A DNA stretch of 64,000 bases, taken from the NCBI RefSeq assembly GCF_009914755.1, contig NC_060939.1, one strand, 5' to 3'. The notes beneath the pieces were generated by a model, which worked only from the letters and a program-made list of their open reading frames with translations, was not told the DNA's origin and did not search any database. Position numbers and translations under genes: made by a program. The first letter of the stretch is position 1. Each line of letters starts with the position of its first letter. Of this stretch, positions 15,778 through 30,480 are shown piece by piece. The stretch comes from the human T2T-CHM13v2.0 reference genome, Homo sapiens.

Positions 15778-17153
15778 CCAAACAGGATATGTCTGTCAAC
15801 ATTGTTCCAGGAAAACTTCTCTGAAATAAGAGGGTCAACCAGCCTAGTTACTTTTCATATGTGTGTGCCCTTCTCAGGCCTGGGGTAATTATCATCCCCT
15901 TCCACCTGCAACACACATACATACACACACACACTCTGACCATTTTCCTGAGTATATTTCCTCAGTATACATAACTGGTCATCCTTAACATCTCCTTGCT
16001 TACAAAGAAATATTATCTTAAAGTTCCTAATTTTTCCTCAACTTGTGTCTATTTTTTCTCCTACTCAAATGCTTCTTTCATTTCCATTTTATTTGCTCAC
16101 CCCATATGCACAAGCCTCTTTTTCCTTTTACCTCTGACCCTCCCATCCTCACTCTCAAACCCTCCTAACCACATTCACTCTACACCCAATTCTTCAACAT
16201 CTCAGTCATTCTTCCCCTTCTTCCCTATTCATCAACAATATCTACTGGAAAGTCTGTTTCTTTGAGGACAAACCCTTTTTACCCTCAATTTATTTTTCAC
16301 TTCTGTGCAGTTCACTCTAATAAAAAGCTGGTTCTCTTTTAGATTACAAGGTGCCTTTTCCAATATAACCACTTACTTCCCTTAATTTCTCCTCTTTCTC
16401 TGACTCAGTAGAAAGAACAACAGCCCTTTCCTTGCTCCTACATGAGATTTTCAGATTACCATACTGTAGCCTGTTTCTCATTGTTTGAAATCTCCACCCT
16501 ATCCCACATTTCGGGGAACTATTCTTAACAATCCCACTTGAACACACTGTTCTTTAAATCTGTCCTCCCATCCTTCTCTCTAGTCTTGGTAGAGATGATA
16601 CATTAAGAGTCCACAATTCCATTTCTGTCGATGGTAACATATATGTACTTGGAGAGTATTACAAGAGCCAAGAAAAACTAAATATGTTAATGATGGTCAC
16701 ACGGCCAAGAATGGAATAAATTGGATAAGACATATGACTATTTCTGTGCTCCTAAAATAACTATCATTCTCCATAGTCTTAAAGTTCTATAAGTTTACCT
16801 ATTCTATCATTAGAAATATATCATGTTAGCCTTAGACATAAATAACTGTCTGCGTTTCAAAGTAAACCATAGCATCATAAGGTTAGAAGACCTAATGATG
16901 GGTGTATAAGTGGTAGATAAGCTTTTCTCAGCAGATGTTCACTACTTGGAAGATCTTCTAGAAAGAGGATTCTACAATTTCCCAAAGTAAATAACTACAA
17001 CCTCAAATATTCTTAATTTCAAAATCTTTGATTTTTCTAATCTATTTTTTCCTGCTGTTTTTCCTTCGTAGAGGTTAGAAAAGAACAGGCACCATCCTCA
17101 GTATGACAGCATCTCATCTACTGGAAAAGCATTATTGTCACCCCGAGCCTTCG

Positions 17154-17459
17154 TTTTTTTTTTTTTTTTTTTTTTGAAACGGAGTCTCACTCTATTGCCC
17201 TGGCTGGAGTGCAATGGCTCACTGCAACCTCCGCCTCCCAGGTTCAAGCAATTCTCTTCCCTCAGCCTCCCAAGTAGCTGGGATTACAGGCACTCACCAC
17301 CACGCTCGGCTAATTTTTTTTTTTTTTTTTTTTTGTATTTTAGTAGAGGCGGGGTTTCACCATGTTGGCCAGGCTGGTCTTGAACTCCTGACCTCCTGAT
17401 CTGCCCGCCTTGGCCTCCCAAAGTGCTGGGATTACAGGCGTAAGCCACCGTGCCCAGCC
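17154..17459 (-). mobile_element. AluS
   Basis: Alu reverse complement; TSD CGAGCCTTCGTTTT. Confidence 0.9.
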
Positions 17460-17524
17460 GAGCCTTCGTTTTTCTAAGCTCAGCAACTTGGACTTTTCTC
17501 CAGACTCCTGTTCTCCAAAACTAA

Positions 17525-18156
<632 letters not shown>

Positions 18157-18268
18157 TAAAAGTTGAATTCTATTCATGTTATTTTTAAATCACAAAGACC
18201 AGACTTAAACTTAACCAGCAACAGCACTTTGTTGTTTCTACTTTTCTAAATAAATAGTTAACATATAA

Positions 18269-18586
<318 letters not shown>

Positions 18587-18782
18587 TAATTGAACATACT
18601 TCTATACATACAGTCTTCTCAAACAGAACTGAAACCCATAAAATTAAAAATTACGGAATTTTCCATATTGCAGAGACTACCTTATTGTCTCTTAGTTAAA
18701 TCAAACCAATGATCTAGGATTATAATTAACAAATTATGGCTACATATATAGCCCCAAAACATTAAAAAGAATGAATACTTAC

Positions 18783-18893
18783 CTGATCTGTCCTTGGATG
18801 AAAATTTTTCCTCTAAATTGCAGAATAGAGAGGAAACTGGTTCTCTTTTATGGTTCACCACTATTTCTTCTGCTTTAATAGAATTTGTGGCCA
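18783..18893 (-). other. Candidate 111-nt internal exon; open in phase 1-1 (ATNSIKAEEIVVNHKREPVSSLFCNLEEKFSSKDRS)
   Basis: Acceptor TTCTGTTCTTGCTTATTTCTTTATAG| and donor CAG|GTAAGT; length is a multiple of 3; purine-rich exon body. Confidence 0.6.
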
Positions 18894-19653
18894 CTATAAA
18901 GAAATAAGCAAGAACAGAATATTTATATAACAATTTTAGTAATACACGAAGAGAAGGAAAGTAGAATATATATGCAAATTTCATATCAATGTTTTTCTTT
19001 TACTTAGTGATACCTCAAAGGACTTTTTAGTAAGAAGCAGAAGTTTCACTTTGTTGACATGTTTAATTTTTCCCCCTTTCACAACTTTTTAAGTCCCAGA
19101 AAAACTACTGTTACTATTTCCAAATAAAAGGCTAGGAGTTGGGTTAAGAGGGAAATAGAATTTTATTAAAAGATCAGATGGTGGTGAGGAGCCACTTCAT
19201 ACTATGCAAACAGGGATTTTGTAAGGACAAGGAATTACATTTCTTTTATTATGAAAGCCACTTTTTATGTTTTGTGTTCCCCAAGAAAAAAATGTTACAT
19301 GTATTATCACAGACAGAAGCCTAATATGTCTTGTCATTTTAATAAGGTGGTAGTCTTTGTGGGAAAGAAGAGGAAAAAAAGTAGTATATGATCTATCTTC
19401 CACTTAGAAAGTTAATTTTCCCAAAGAGCTTTTACTTTATATGGCACTAAGATCAAGGCAATAGCTCAGGTTACCTTAATTATATCAAAGTGGCATATAT
19501 TAAAAATACGAATTTGTATTCCAGTCAATAGTTAGAATGCAACAATCAATTATTCAGAAGTTTATGGGCTTTCTGTAGTCATACAAATAACGAACATAAA
19601 AGGTTTAAGAATAGTATATTTTTGTAACTACAAAACATCAAAAATGTATCTAC

Positions 19654-19699
19654 CTTCAAATTTGATGCTGGTTCTTTATTTTTCTGATTCACTTTTAGT
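19654..19699 (-). other. Candidate 46-nt exon
   Basis: Acceptor GTCTTTTTACTTTCTAACAG| and donor AAG|GTAGAT. Confidence 0.45.
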
Positions 19700-19956
19700 C
19701 TGTTAGAAAGTAAAAAGACAAATTTTCTCCTTTATGTGAAAATAATCGTAGAATCATAAAAATTTAGAGTTAGAAAAAAACTTAGAGAACTTCTAGATGA
19801 AGTAAGCACAAGTCTCTCTAAATTAGAGACTTTGATTTATTTCCCTTACTCATAGTTACAGAATGAACTGGAGCTGGAACTCTGGAATCCAGAATGTTTT
19901 TCCTACTACTTAATGATTCCTCAAACTTATTTAGGCACAACTTTGTGTACATACGT

Positions 19957-20212
19957 GAGGCAGTGAGGCACCAGCGTTGAATTTAAAGTCTCTGAATCAC
20001 ACTGCCCAAGTTTGAATCTTGGTTCCTTACTAGCTGTGTGATCTTGAGCAGGCTACTTAATCCCTCTGTGCCTCAGTTTCTTCATCTGTAAAATGACATT
20101 AATAACTATAACTCCCCAATGGGACTGCTACAAAAAAAATAAATTAGTATATATAAAGCACATAGAATGGTGTCTGACATATGGCAAGTATTCCATAAAT
20201 GTCAGCAATTAC
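19957..20212 (+). mobile_element. MIR SINE
   Basis: TAGCTGTGTGATCTTGAGCAGG...CTCTGTGCCTCAGTTTCTTCATCTGTAAAATG core. Confidence 0.85.
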
Positions 20213-20253
20213 TAGGATTCTATCAATAACTACATGGATATGTACTTGCTAGG

Positions 20254-21368
<1,115 letters not shown>

Positions 21369-21703
21369 CAGAGGGATCATTTTTTTATTACCTCTTCCTC
21401 TATGTGATAAAATTATTTTTCAGTAATAATCATGAAATGAAACAATAGGAAAGAGACAGTGGAAATTCAACTCCACTTATATACCAATAGAAAATAAAGT
21501 AAGTATTATAGTACAAAAAAGGAAATTGTAATGAAATTAACATTTTCAAAAAATAAAAAACACATATGCCAATGTACTGGTTTGTTTGCAGTACTAAATA
21601 ACATTACACCTCTTTTCTTGATTTCTTTTTTAGTTTTGAAGCAACTATTAACAATGAAAAAAGAAAAAAATTCAAAGTTAAATGTATTATTTGAATTCAA
21701 TTA

Positions 21704-22006
<303 letters not shown>

Positions 22007-22882
22007 TTATTCAAGAGGATAATTCCATGAAACAAAAATATTATACCTTAAAATTTACACTATGTTTCACTCTTAAATTTCATAAACAAAAACTCTAAGT
22101 GGTCACATAGAACAATGTTTAAGTAATCAAGTTCTGTCTCTTCATCCTTAAAATCACTGTGCTACCATTGTTTACAAAGAATCTACTGTTTAAATGCAGG
22201 AATATGGACCACCAGGGTTGCGAACATGAACTGTGCCTTAAATCTTGAATTACCCTGAACTTTTATGAGTTTACTTGGAAATATATACAATAGCTGGGTC
22301 CATGTTTGTTGAAGGACAATTGTATGAGTGGGAGTTCTCTAAATTAATTTCCATGTAGAATATACTGTTTATTAAAAAAATAATTAAAATGTGCTGATTT
22401 GAAGTTTAAATTCATATACTAAAACTTAACAGAGACTACAGAAATTGTTTAAAATCCAGATCCATGAGAGATTTTTCATGGAGGACTATTTTATTATTGA
22501 CACAGTTTAGAATTACTGGTACATAAAAATTACTGGAAATAAAAAACAGACTTTTAGTGGGTTTACTGTAGTTTAAATTCTCTACAGATAATGAGAATTA
22601 CTATTGTCCATACCCAAGATCTACTGTTCTTATTGCCCCACTCTTGGTATGCCATTCAAGGTAAAATCTGCTCTAAGTACTATCTTTGAAGATGGGCTTG
22701 CTGCATTAAGTATTCTTAACCTACTTAGGAGAAAACTTTACAATTAATTTTTATTGAGAGCCTACTGAGTCCATGGTATTGTATCCACACAGACTGCATG
22801 CACATGAATGTCGCTAGTTACTAATCATATTTATTTGCTAAAGTCATCTCAACAGGATTTTTTTAAAAAAAACGATTTAGCG

Positions 22883-23226
<344 letters not shown>

Positions 23227-23669
23227 CGACTTAGATATTGTATGTACTCAAATTTAAAATAAATACCACACAAAGTCACATATATTCCATTTTTCAGGCT
23301 TTTACCAACTCAGATTGGCTTTCTACCTGTACATTCCAAATAAGTGAGGTTATATTATAACATTTAGAAGAGCTTTCAAAATATTAACATTTATATCACA
23401 TTAACAATTTAAGGACTTTGGGCATTATTCAAATTTTCACAAATCACATGGCATCAGATTCACTTGTTCTATTTTCACAAGCAACTATCTCAAGAGAACA
23501 AAAGCTTTAACTCTGCTACCAATCTTTTTCAGACATTCACAGGATCAACATCATCTCTAATCTATCCTCCCATAATCTTGCAGCTACATACATGTACAAA
23601 TTTTCCATTTATGTGATCCTGGTACTCTTGAAAAGGCAGTCTTTTTAACTAAAAGAAAATCTGACTTAC

Positions 23670-23735
23670 CTCAAAAGGTATCTTGGTATGAGAGAGAATG
23701 CCAACTACAGCCACGTTAGAAACGAACAGTTATGT
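23670..23735 (-). other. Candidate exon ending at a perfect donor; either 66 nt internal or an alternative first exon from about 23860
   Basis: GAG|GTAAGT at 23669-23664; possible acceptor CACTTCCTTGCCAG| at 23736. Confidence 0.4.
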
Positions 23736-23889
23736 CTGGCAAGGAAGTGATATACCAAGCTTAAACCCACAGTTCCACTTCTGCTTTACAGCTCTTATAC
23801 TTTCCTGTTGCTACTAAGCTCCTTTACTCACAAAATTCCTCTCATTAGTCACCTGCAGTGTACTGAAGCAGCACCTGTACTATTTATAG

Positions 23890-24110
23890 CTCTAGGATTC
23901 CCCCACCCTCTCCTGTCAATAAGAATCACCTGGGGCAGTTAAAAAAAAAATCACAAGTCAACCCCCTGATATTAGATTTCAAGGTGTTTGAAAGGAGGCT
24001 CCAGAATCCGATTTTTTTTTCTAATCAGCTGAATTTATGACTCACAGAATCTGATTTTAAGCAAGTGTTCCCAAGTGAGTCTTATAAGCCAGTTAAGTTC
24101 AAGAATAATG
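23890..24110. mobile_element. Degenerate MER5-type DNA transposon
   Basis: AGAATCACCTGGGG...AAAAA and TTTTAAGCAAG..TCCCAAGTGA.TCTTAT motifs. Confidence 0.5.
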
Positions 24111-24335
24111 CTCCAAGTGAAAGTGAGATCTGTGGCAGATCTTCACAGTTCCTCTAGCCTCATCAGCCTCAAGGGCTAATCCTCCTCCGGTGTTAGGCCT
24201 CAGGGTATTTGAAAACAAGAGAAGGCCCAGTTTGAAGAATGCAGAATGGCATCTCGTCCACACTTAAGTTTTCAATACCCTAAAAAATTTATCGAAGGGA
24301 GATTTTAGTTTGGGGAGGTGCTGTGAAGTAAGACA

Positions 24336-24351
24336 TCACCAGGGGGCAGCA
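24336..24351 (+). promoter_or_regulatory. CTCF motif
   Basis: TCACCAGGGGGCAGCA, close to the core CCACCAGGGGGCGC. Confidence 0.55.
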
Positions 24352-24562
24352 TAGAGTTGACAAATTATACATGTTTTGGGATTTTTGACTTCACACTACA
24401 ACATGAAATGGTTGCACCTACAATTTCCATTAACTCGGATTACTCAGAAAAGGACAAAACCCAGAACACTTAAGACACACGTAAACTTTATTAGCATGTA
24501 ATTTTCAATACAATGGCTATTATATTATAAATACATAATATAAATATTTATAAATATAAATA

Positions 24563-24606
24563 TTTTCTACAATGGCTATTATACTATAAATAGCCATTGT
24601 AGAAAA
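24563..24606. repeat. Perfect inverted repeat, 18-bp stem with 8-nt loop
   Basis: TTTTCTACAATGGCTATT-ATACTATA-AATAGCCATTGTAGAAAA. Confidence 0.95.
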
Positions 24607-24674
24607 AAATGTTCCCTTGAAGTCGCATGAACCCGAATTCAAAAAAATTTTATTAGGATACAAAGATTCCTGGT

Positions 24675-24702
24675 AGAAATTTGAAGTGGTCTTCAAATTT
24701 CT
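24675..24702. repeat. Perfect inverted repeat, 12-bp stem with 4-nt loop
   Basis: AGAAATTTGAAG-TGGT-CTTCAAATTTCT. Confidence 0.95.
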
Positions 24703-26107
24703 CTCAGCAAGTTTCAAAATACTTGTCGTACTCTGAGAGTTAATTAGCGTTATAACTGGATGCTTCTCAATAGTTTCAATCAAATCTTAAGTAGAGTTCT
24801 ACTAAGGTGGAAAATGGAGTGGATAACAATCTGGGCAAGCTATGCCAAAGCTTTTTCTAAAGAAAGTGTACCTAGTTAAAATGCTGTCACTGACTGTCAG
24901 AAAACTATAGCTCCCCTCCCGTGCATCCTCCATTAATTTTTCTTAACCCATCTCCACTTTCTCTATTCTAGTCCACATTTCTTCCGTCTAGAAATGTAGA
25001 AAAATCCTTTGGCAACCCAGGTAGCTTCCACAAGTATCATCTCCAAGTGTTTCTTCCTCTGAAATTCCACCATTAGAGATTAGAGATGAGTAGGAAATGC
25101 TGAAAGGCGAAGGAGGATCTGAAGAAATTTTACATTTTTTTCTCAGTTTGCCAAAAGTAGATACTCCCTGTATAGATATTCCCGTATAATCCAGGGAAGG
25201 TAGTCCAAGACCGTGGGGCAATTCCAAGAGGTGGTTTTGAAGTCCTTCAACTCTACCATTTTCATTTTATCCATACTAAAAAAGCTACGGCAGGAAGAAA
25301 AGACAAAGGACATTCCTGGGAGGCCAACTGGACCTAATCAAATAAAAACACTTTAGAAGAGGTACAAGAATCAGAAATCAAACCTATCTGCAGAGCCAAA
25401 AGCCATTCTGAAACTCCGTGTCCTAGAAACAAGGGTTTCCCATCTTTTCAAATATTTTAAGATAAAAATCGCAACACCCTATAGGAAAATGGCTATATTT
25501 TTAGCAAGAATTGGTGGAGAAGACAAACGATAATAAGCTACTATGAATCCAGAAGCTGCTTAAATGGCCGTATTCACAGCAGCCCTTGCAAACATTAATT
25601 AGAGTAGTACCCATTATGGGTGAGGACTTTTTTTTTAACCACAGAGAATATCTGTGGGTGCATCCAGATTGCTCAGTGGTTCCGTTTAACCCACCCGGTA
25701 ACTGGCAATCATGGCCCTAGGACAGGCTTCTCCACCGGGGCGATGCTGCCTCCAAGGGGCGCAATGTTACTTTTTATGCATCAAGCACGGATAACACATA
25801 CAGCACATAAGCAGGTCGACAGTGTATCTGCGGTACTGGGATTTCACGGGGAAAGGAGATGGGGACGTGTAAAAAGCCTTTTTAAGAGTCAGATAACGAA
25901 AAACGGAAAAAGAGGAGAAACACGGTCCTACAAGGGTCCTGAGCTGAGGCCATCAAATGAATGTACTGACAGGTATTTTTCTCCCAGGCAGCCAACTGAG
26001 AGTCAAGGCACTCTGACCGTGCTATGACTCCGGCCACACAGAAAGAGGTGTTTTCCCCTCGGTGGCCTCCAAGCGCAGCGGGCACTGCGTGCCATCCGCT
26101 CCCTCAC

Positions 26108-26330
26108 CGGGCGCCCCGCGCGGATGAAACGGAGCAACTGGGAAAGAGCTCTGGAAACTGCAAAGCGCTGCGCCAAAGCGACGGGAGGTTCCCATTCTCA
26201 GCTGTACGAAATCCCGCGGGGGTCCTCCGCTTCCCCGAGCGACGCCCTCGGCCTCCGCACTTGTTGCTTCTGCGCCCCGCCTGCGTCCCCGTCAAACCCA
26301 CCCTTCGCGGCCCCCTCGCCTCTCCACACG
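26108..26330 (-). ncRNA. Candidate first exon of a divergent transcript (5' end approximate)
   Basis: Donor CCG|GTGAGG at 26107-26102, alternative TGG|GTGAGG at 26370-26365; strong-Kozak ATG (AGAATGG) at 26195. Confidence 0.45.
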
Positions 26331-26639
26331 CTCGCACTCAGGCCCCGACCCTGCCCCGCGACCCCCTCACCCACGCCACGAAGCCCGCTCTGCGTGGCAG
26401 CCCCGGAGACAGCCGAGCCCCCGCCTCCGCCCCCTGCCCAGCTCAGGCCGCCAGCCCCTGCCAGCCGACGCCGCGGTTTCCTAGACAGCCGCGCCGCCGT
26501 TCCGCAGCCTCGGGGGCGCGCGCGCGCGGCCGGCGGGAGGCGAGGGCGCAGGCGCGGGCTCGGCCAAGCCGCCGGCGCGAGGCCTCGCGCGCGCCCCCGA
26601 GCGCGGTGGGCGGAGGGGCGGAGGGAGCGGCGGGGCCGC

Positions 26640-26732
26640 GAGGGGGCGGGGGGGCGGAGAGGGGAGCCCCGGGAGCGCGAGCCGCGGCCGGCGCCGCTGC
26701 AGAGCCGAGCGAATCCCGAGCCCGGGCAGCAG
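26640..26732 (+). other. Non-coding first exon of an unidentified gene; intron 1 appears to extend beyond the window
   Basis: Donor CAG|GTATGT at 26733 just downstream of the GC boxes; no ATG in the exon; start position approximate. Confidence 0.7.
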
Positions 26733-27979
26733 GTATGTGTCCTCGCAGCCGGCCGCGGCCAGAGCTTCCCCTGCCTCACTGCCCGAGTCTTGTGGTCGGG
26801 GCGGGGGGTGGGGGGACCGGTCAAGGTTTGCAGGATGCGTGCTCGGAAGGGCTGGGATCTTGCCGCTGACCTTCATCCCCCTGGCCGGGGGAGCCAGGCG
26901 AGGGTGCGTGGGGCAGCCCAGGGCTTCAGCTCCAGCCTGGAGACCTGCTTCTTGTCACATGCTTCTTATTTATTTTTGCAAACTGCCCTGGTTCGGGTCC
27001 AGCTGCAGATGCCTTACCTCCCATTCTTTGCCTCCGTGTGCCATCTTGCATTTATTAATAAAACATGCAAGCTGGAGGGGGGGGTTGCTGCTGGGGGGAA
27101 TCCCATTGCAGTATGGCAAGCGGGCGCCTATTTTCGGTTTTCAGACGTGGTATAGAGGTGGAAATCCCACACCCTGAGGATTTGTGGCTTGGTTGGTCGT
27201 GACCACTTCCTAGTGGGCTTCCCCCGTTTGTCGGGAGGTGCCCCAGCGGCAGAATGGGCTGTCTGGAAGGGATGGTGGGTCTTCACCGTCAGGCCAGAAT
27301 CCCCTTCAGGGGACAGGTGCAAGCTAGGGCAGGCAGTTCCCTGCTTGCTAACTTGCCAGGGAGGCTTAAACCTAGAAAATTGTCTCCCTTGATGGCCGAG
27401 AAAAGATGGCCTTCAACAGAATCCCTGGGACTTGCATACTCAAACTCATTACGGTTTTGCATCTGAACATGACTAAAGCTAGCCACCTGTTGGAAGTCAG
27501 ACCCCATGAAACACCCCCGTAATCTAGCTCACCCATCCCTGTTTCACAGTCACCAATACTGAGCTAGCAATAGGCCCATATGGGTTCCCTCTATCCTCTT
27601 TAATGCTGCTTGGCTTTTCTTTTAAAATAAGACCTACCTATGATTTGATGCCCTATATGTGAGAGGTTGAAATTATATGATTTGTTTATATTCCATACAC
27701 CTATCACATCATATCCTAAAGACTGAATTTCTCTTCAGTGCATGTGTTTATTTCCCTGGCTTTTCACCTTGCTTTGAACAACAGTGGGAAAATGGGATGT
27801 ATATAACTGCTTACCTCCTCCCCCAAATACCTCCACCCTAAAATATTGTGATGAAAAGAATAGTAAGAGCTAGAAGCAAAAAATGAAAATGGTTATCACA
27901 AGATGTTGGGATATGATAGCTGAACCGTAATTGCTTCTAAAATGGTCAGAGTGTCACATCTAATCACGAGAAGGACATG

Positions 27980-28160
27980 TTTCTTAAATGTTCATATGTA
28001 CCAGGTACTGAGCTAAAACTATTTGTGTATGAGCTCATTTAGTCCTCACAGCAAACCTGCTATGTCCATGTTGAAGATGAACAAGCCAGGACTTAGAAAG
28101 GTTAACTAACTTGCCCAAGGTCACACAGTCAGGGACAGGGTAAGGATGCAAACTCAAGCA
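27980..28160 (-). mobile_element. MIR SINE
   Basis: AGGTTAACTAACTTGCCCAAGGTCACACAG. Confidence 0.8.
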
Positions 28161-30119
28161 CATGGGGATACTGGAGGTGGGGAGCCCTGAGGGGGCTTTT
28201 CCTCCAGGTGCGGCTGCTCCGTGTACCTTTTCATTAAAATCAAGCTTATGCATGAGCATGTTGGCTTGGGTCTAATTTTCCATTTCATAGATTCTGCACC
28301 AACTTTGTGGCTTTCCAGTAAGAAAAGCAGTTGTTTCAGAATGGATCAGTATGGAATTTTTTGAGGTGGCACTAAACCTATAAAAAGTGGGGTCCAAGAT
28401 GTGCTTCCATTTAATTCTCACACACAAGGAGTTGAGTTTAAAAAGTTGTTTCCCTCCAGATTTAAACCCATAAAACGTATATGCATTAAGTAGAATGAAT
28501 CACTCCCATTTTCCATTATCGCATCCCACCCTACCCTCCTTGCTGCCCTTCACACTATCTTCTGGTCTCACTGCCAGTCATCAGAGCAACATTGTCTATC
28601 ACACTTGCCTGTGAGTGCCTTAATGGGAGGAAGGAATCCATCCGTACCAGCCGTGGCTCGTAATCCAGTCTCTCTATGATTGTAGCAATTATGCATTCAA
28701 AGTTCTTGGAATCTCTGCATTCAGCTATGGATGTGTATTTAATCATTTTTTTAAAGTGCATTATTATAATGCAGGTATTGGATTTTGTTAAACATTCCTA
28801 GCAGTTCTCATGGACTTAGAAATTGCTGTAGTTGCATCAGTGAAAATTCACCCAGTGGGGCTAATAGCTTTTCTACTCAGGTCACATAGTTGAGATAGTG
28901 GTGAGAAAGGTATAGGTGAATAGAAGGAATTATTTGGAAAGTATATCCCATGCAAATAACAGCTTTTAATTATAAATTGATGAATAATATTAAGTAGGAA
29001 ATATAAGACTATCTCTTTTAATTTTATAAGCTCTGTTTTTGCCTTGGTCAATGTGATTGGTTTTAGAGCAACATGATGTTACCTTTTTCATTACACTGTT
29101 CTTTTGAAACAGTATAGCGGTTTGTACATAGTATTCTTGCCTCGTGGGAAACACTCAGTTTAGGAGGAGCACATTCCCTGGTGTTTACAGAAATGCTGAG
29201 ACAGGATCTTTCTGTCTTGGGGATTTCCAGTCTATGATCAGATAAACTCAAGATGAGTCCTGATGTTACTGGGCAAGAAGCAGAAAGCAAGAGGTGTTAC
29301 TTGATTTCTGGGGAGGAAATGAGTTTTCCTGTGGGGAGCATCACTATCTTCTTCAGTTGGGAATCTCATGATTGAAGAGTTTGAGAAACGGACTAGTCTG
29401 CTGTCTTCCATTCAAGCAGGATTTCATTTAATGCAGAGCTGAGAAGGCTTTATCGTGCAAAGGCCAATTCAGGAAATATAAAAGTGTTTCTGGACTACTT
29501 TTTTTTTCTCTTAAAACATATATTTAAACTGGGAAAGTCATATGGGAAACTATTAATGCTTAAGCATTATTTGTTTTTATTCCCTTCACGAGAGTTTTTG
29601 GGAGAGTGGGGGAAAAGTTTTCCAAGCTATGAAACTCACATGTCTGTGGTGACTGATTATAATGAATATTTTAGTACATTGTTGAATAAGGCACTAAAAC
29701 TGGGATATTTGTTTTTCCTTGATCGACCTTGTAAGCTACTTCATTATGAAATGTGTTTTTTCTTAAAGTATTTCTTAATTTAGTATTCTTTAAAATGAGA
29801 TTTTTATTCAGTTGTCGACAGTCTTGAATCACAAAAGTTCACAGATTACTTTGAAATACTTGATTTTCATCAGTCTCTGTTTCTTACTATGGCTGTCGTG
29901 TGCTGTGTCCTGTGATAGGAAGTTTCACATCTCATATTGCAGTGACCACCCTTTGTGGTCAACTGTTTATATGATAAGAAGTGGGGGAGCCCAAGGTATA
30001 TGACCTAAGGGGCAGAGCCAAGATTTGAGCCCAAGTCAGCATAGCTCAAACTCTGGGCTCATTGCCTTTTGCACCCTGACTGCAAGATGAAGCACTTTCT
30101 GCCCCATAGTTCTCTGGCC

Positions 30120-30480
30120 TCCCATCCTATTCTGCTCCATCCACACTGGCCTCCTTGCTGTACCCCCTGCCCCAGGCCCTTAGCACTAATGGTTCTCTCC
30201 CCTGGAATACTCTTCCCACAGGTATCTTCATAGTCCCTCGCCTCATTTCAGCTTTGCTCATAGTCCAACCACTCCTTTAAAACTATCCCCACTCCCACAG
30301 CATCCTTTCCTCCTCCCTGTCTTGCTTTTATTCGTAGCACCTCCTAGCCTACTATATTAATTAGTTGTTAAGTGTATTGCCCATCTCCCCCATGGAATGA
30401 ATGCTCCAAAGGGCAGGGGTTCTGTGTATTTTGTTCACTCCCCCAACTCTGGTACTGTGAAAAAAGAATCAACAAATCAC
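30120..30480 (+). mobile_element. L2 3' fragment
   Basis: CCACACTGGCCTCCTTGCTGT...CCTGGAATACTCTTCC...GGGCAGGG...TATTTTGTTCACT. Confidence 0.7.

Larger units (their letters stand above)
26030..26950. promoter_or_regulatory. CpG island, probably a bidirectional promoter
   Basis: Very high GC and CpG density; GC boxes GGGGCGGAG and GGGGGCGGGG at about 26615-26660; outward-facing donors on both strands. Confidence 0.93.

Noticed and set aside
26640-26732. Assigning a gene symbol to the + strand gene or the divergent transcript
   Set aside because: No coding exon I recognise lies in the window; a BLAT search is needed.
26024-27177. Long overlapping ORFs (281, 343, 208 and 146 aa) in the CpG island
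   Set aside because: Low-complexity Arg/Pro/Ala/Gly frames expected from stop-poor GC-rich DNA; they run through splice donors and show no domain.
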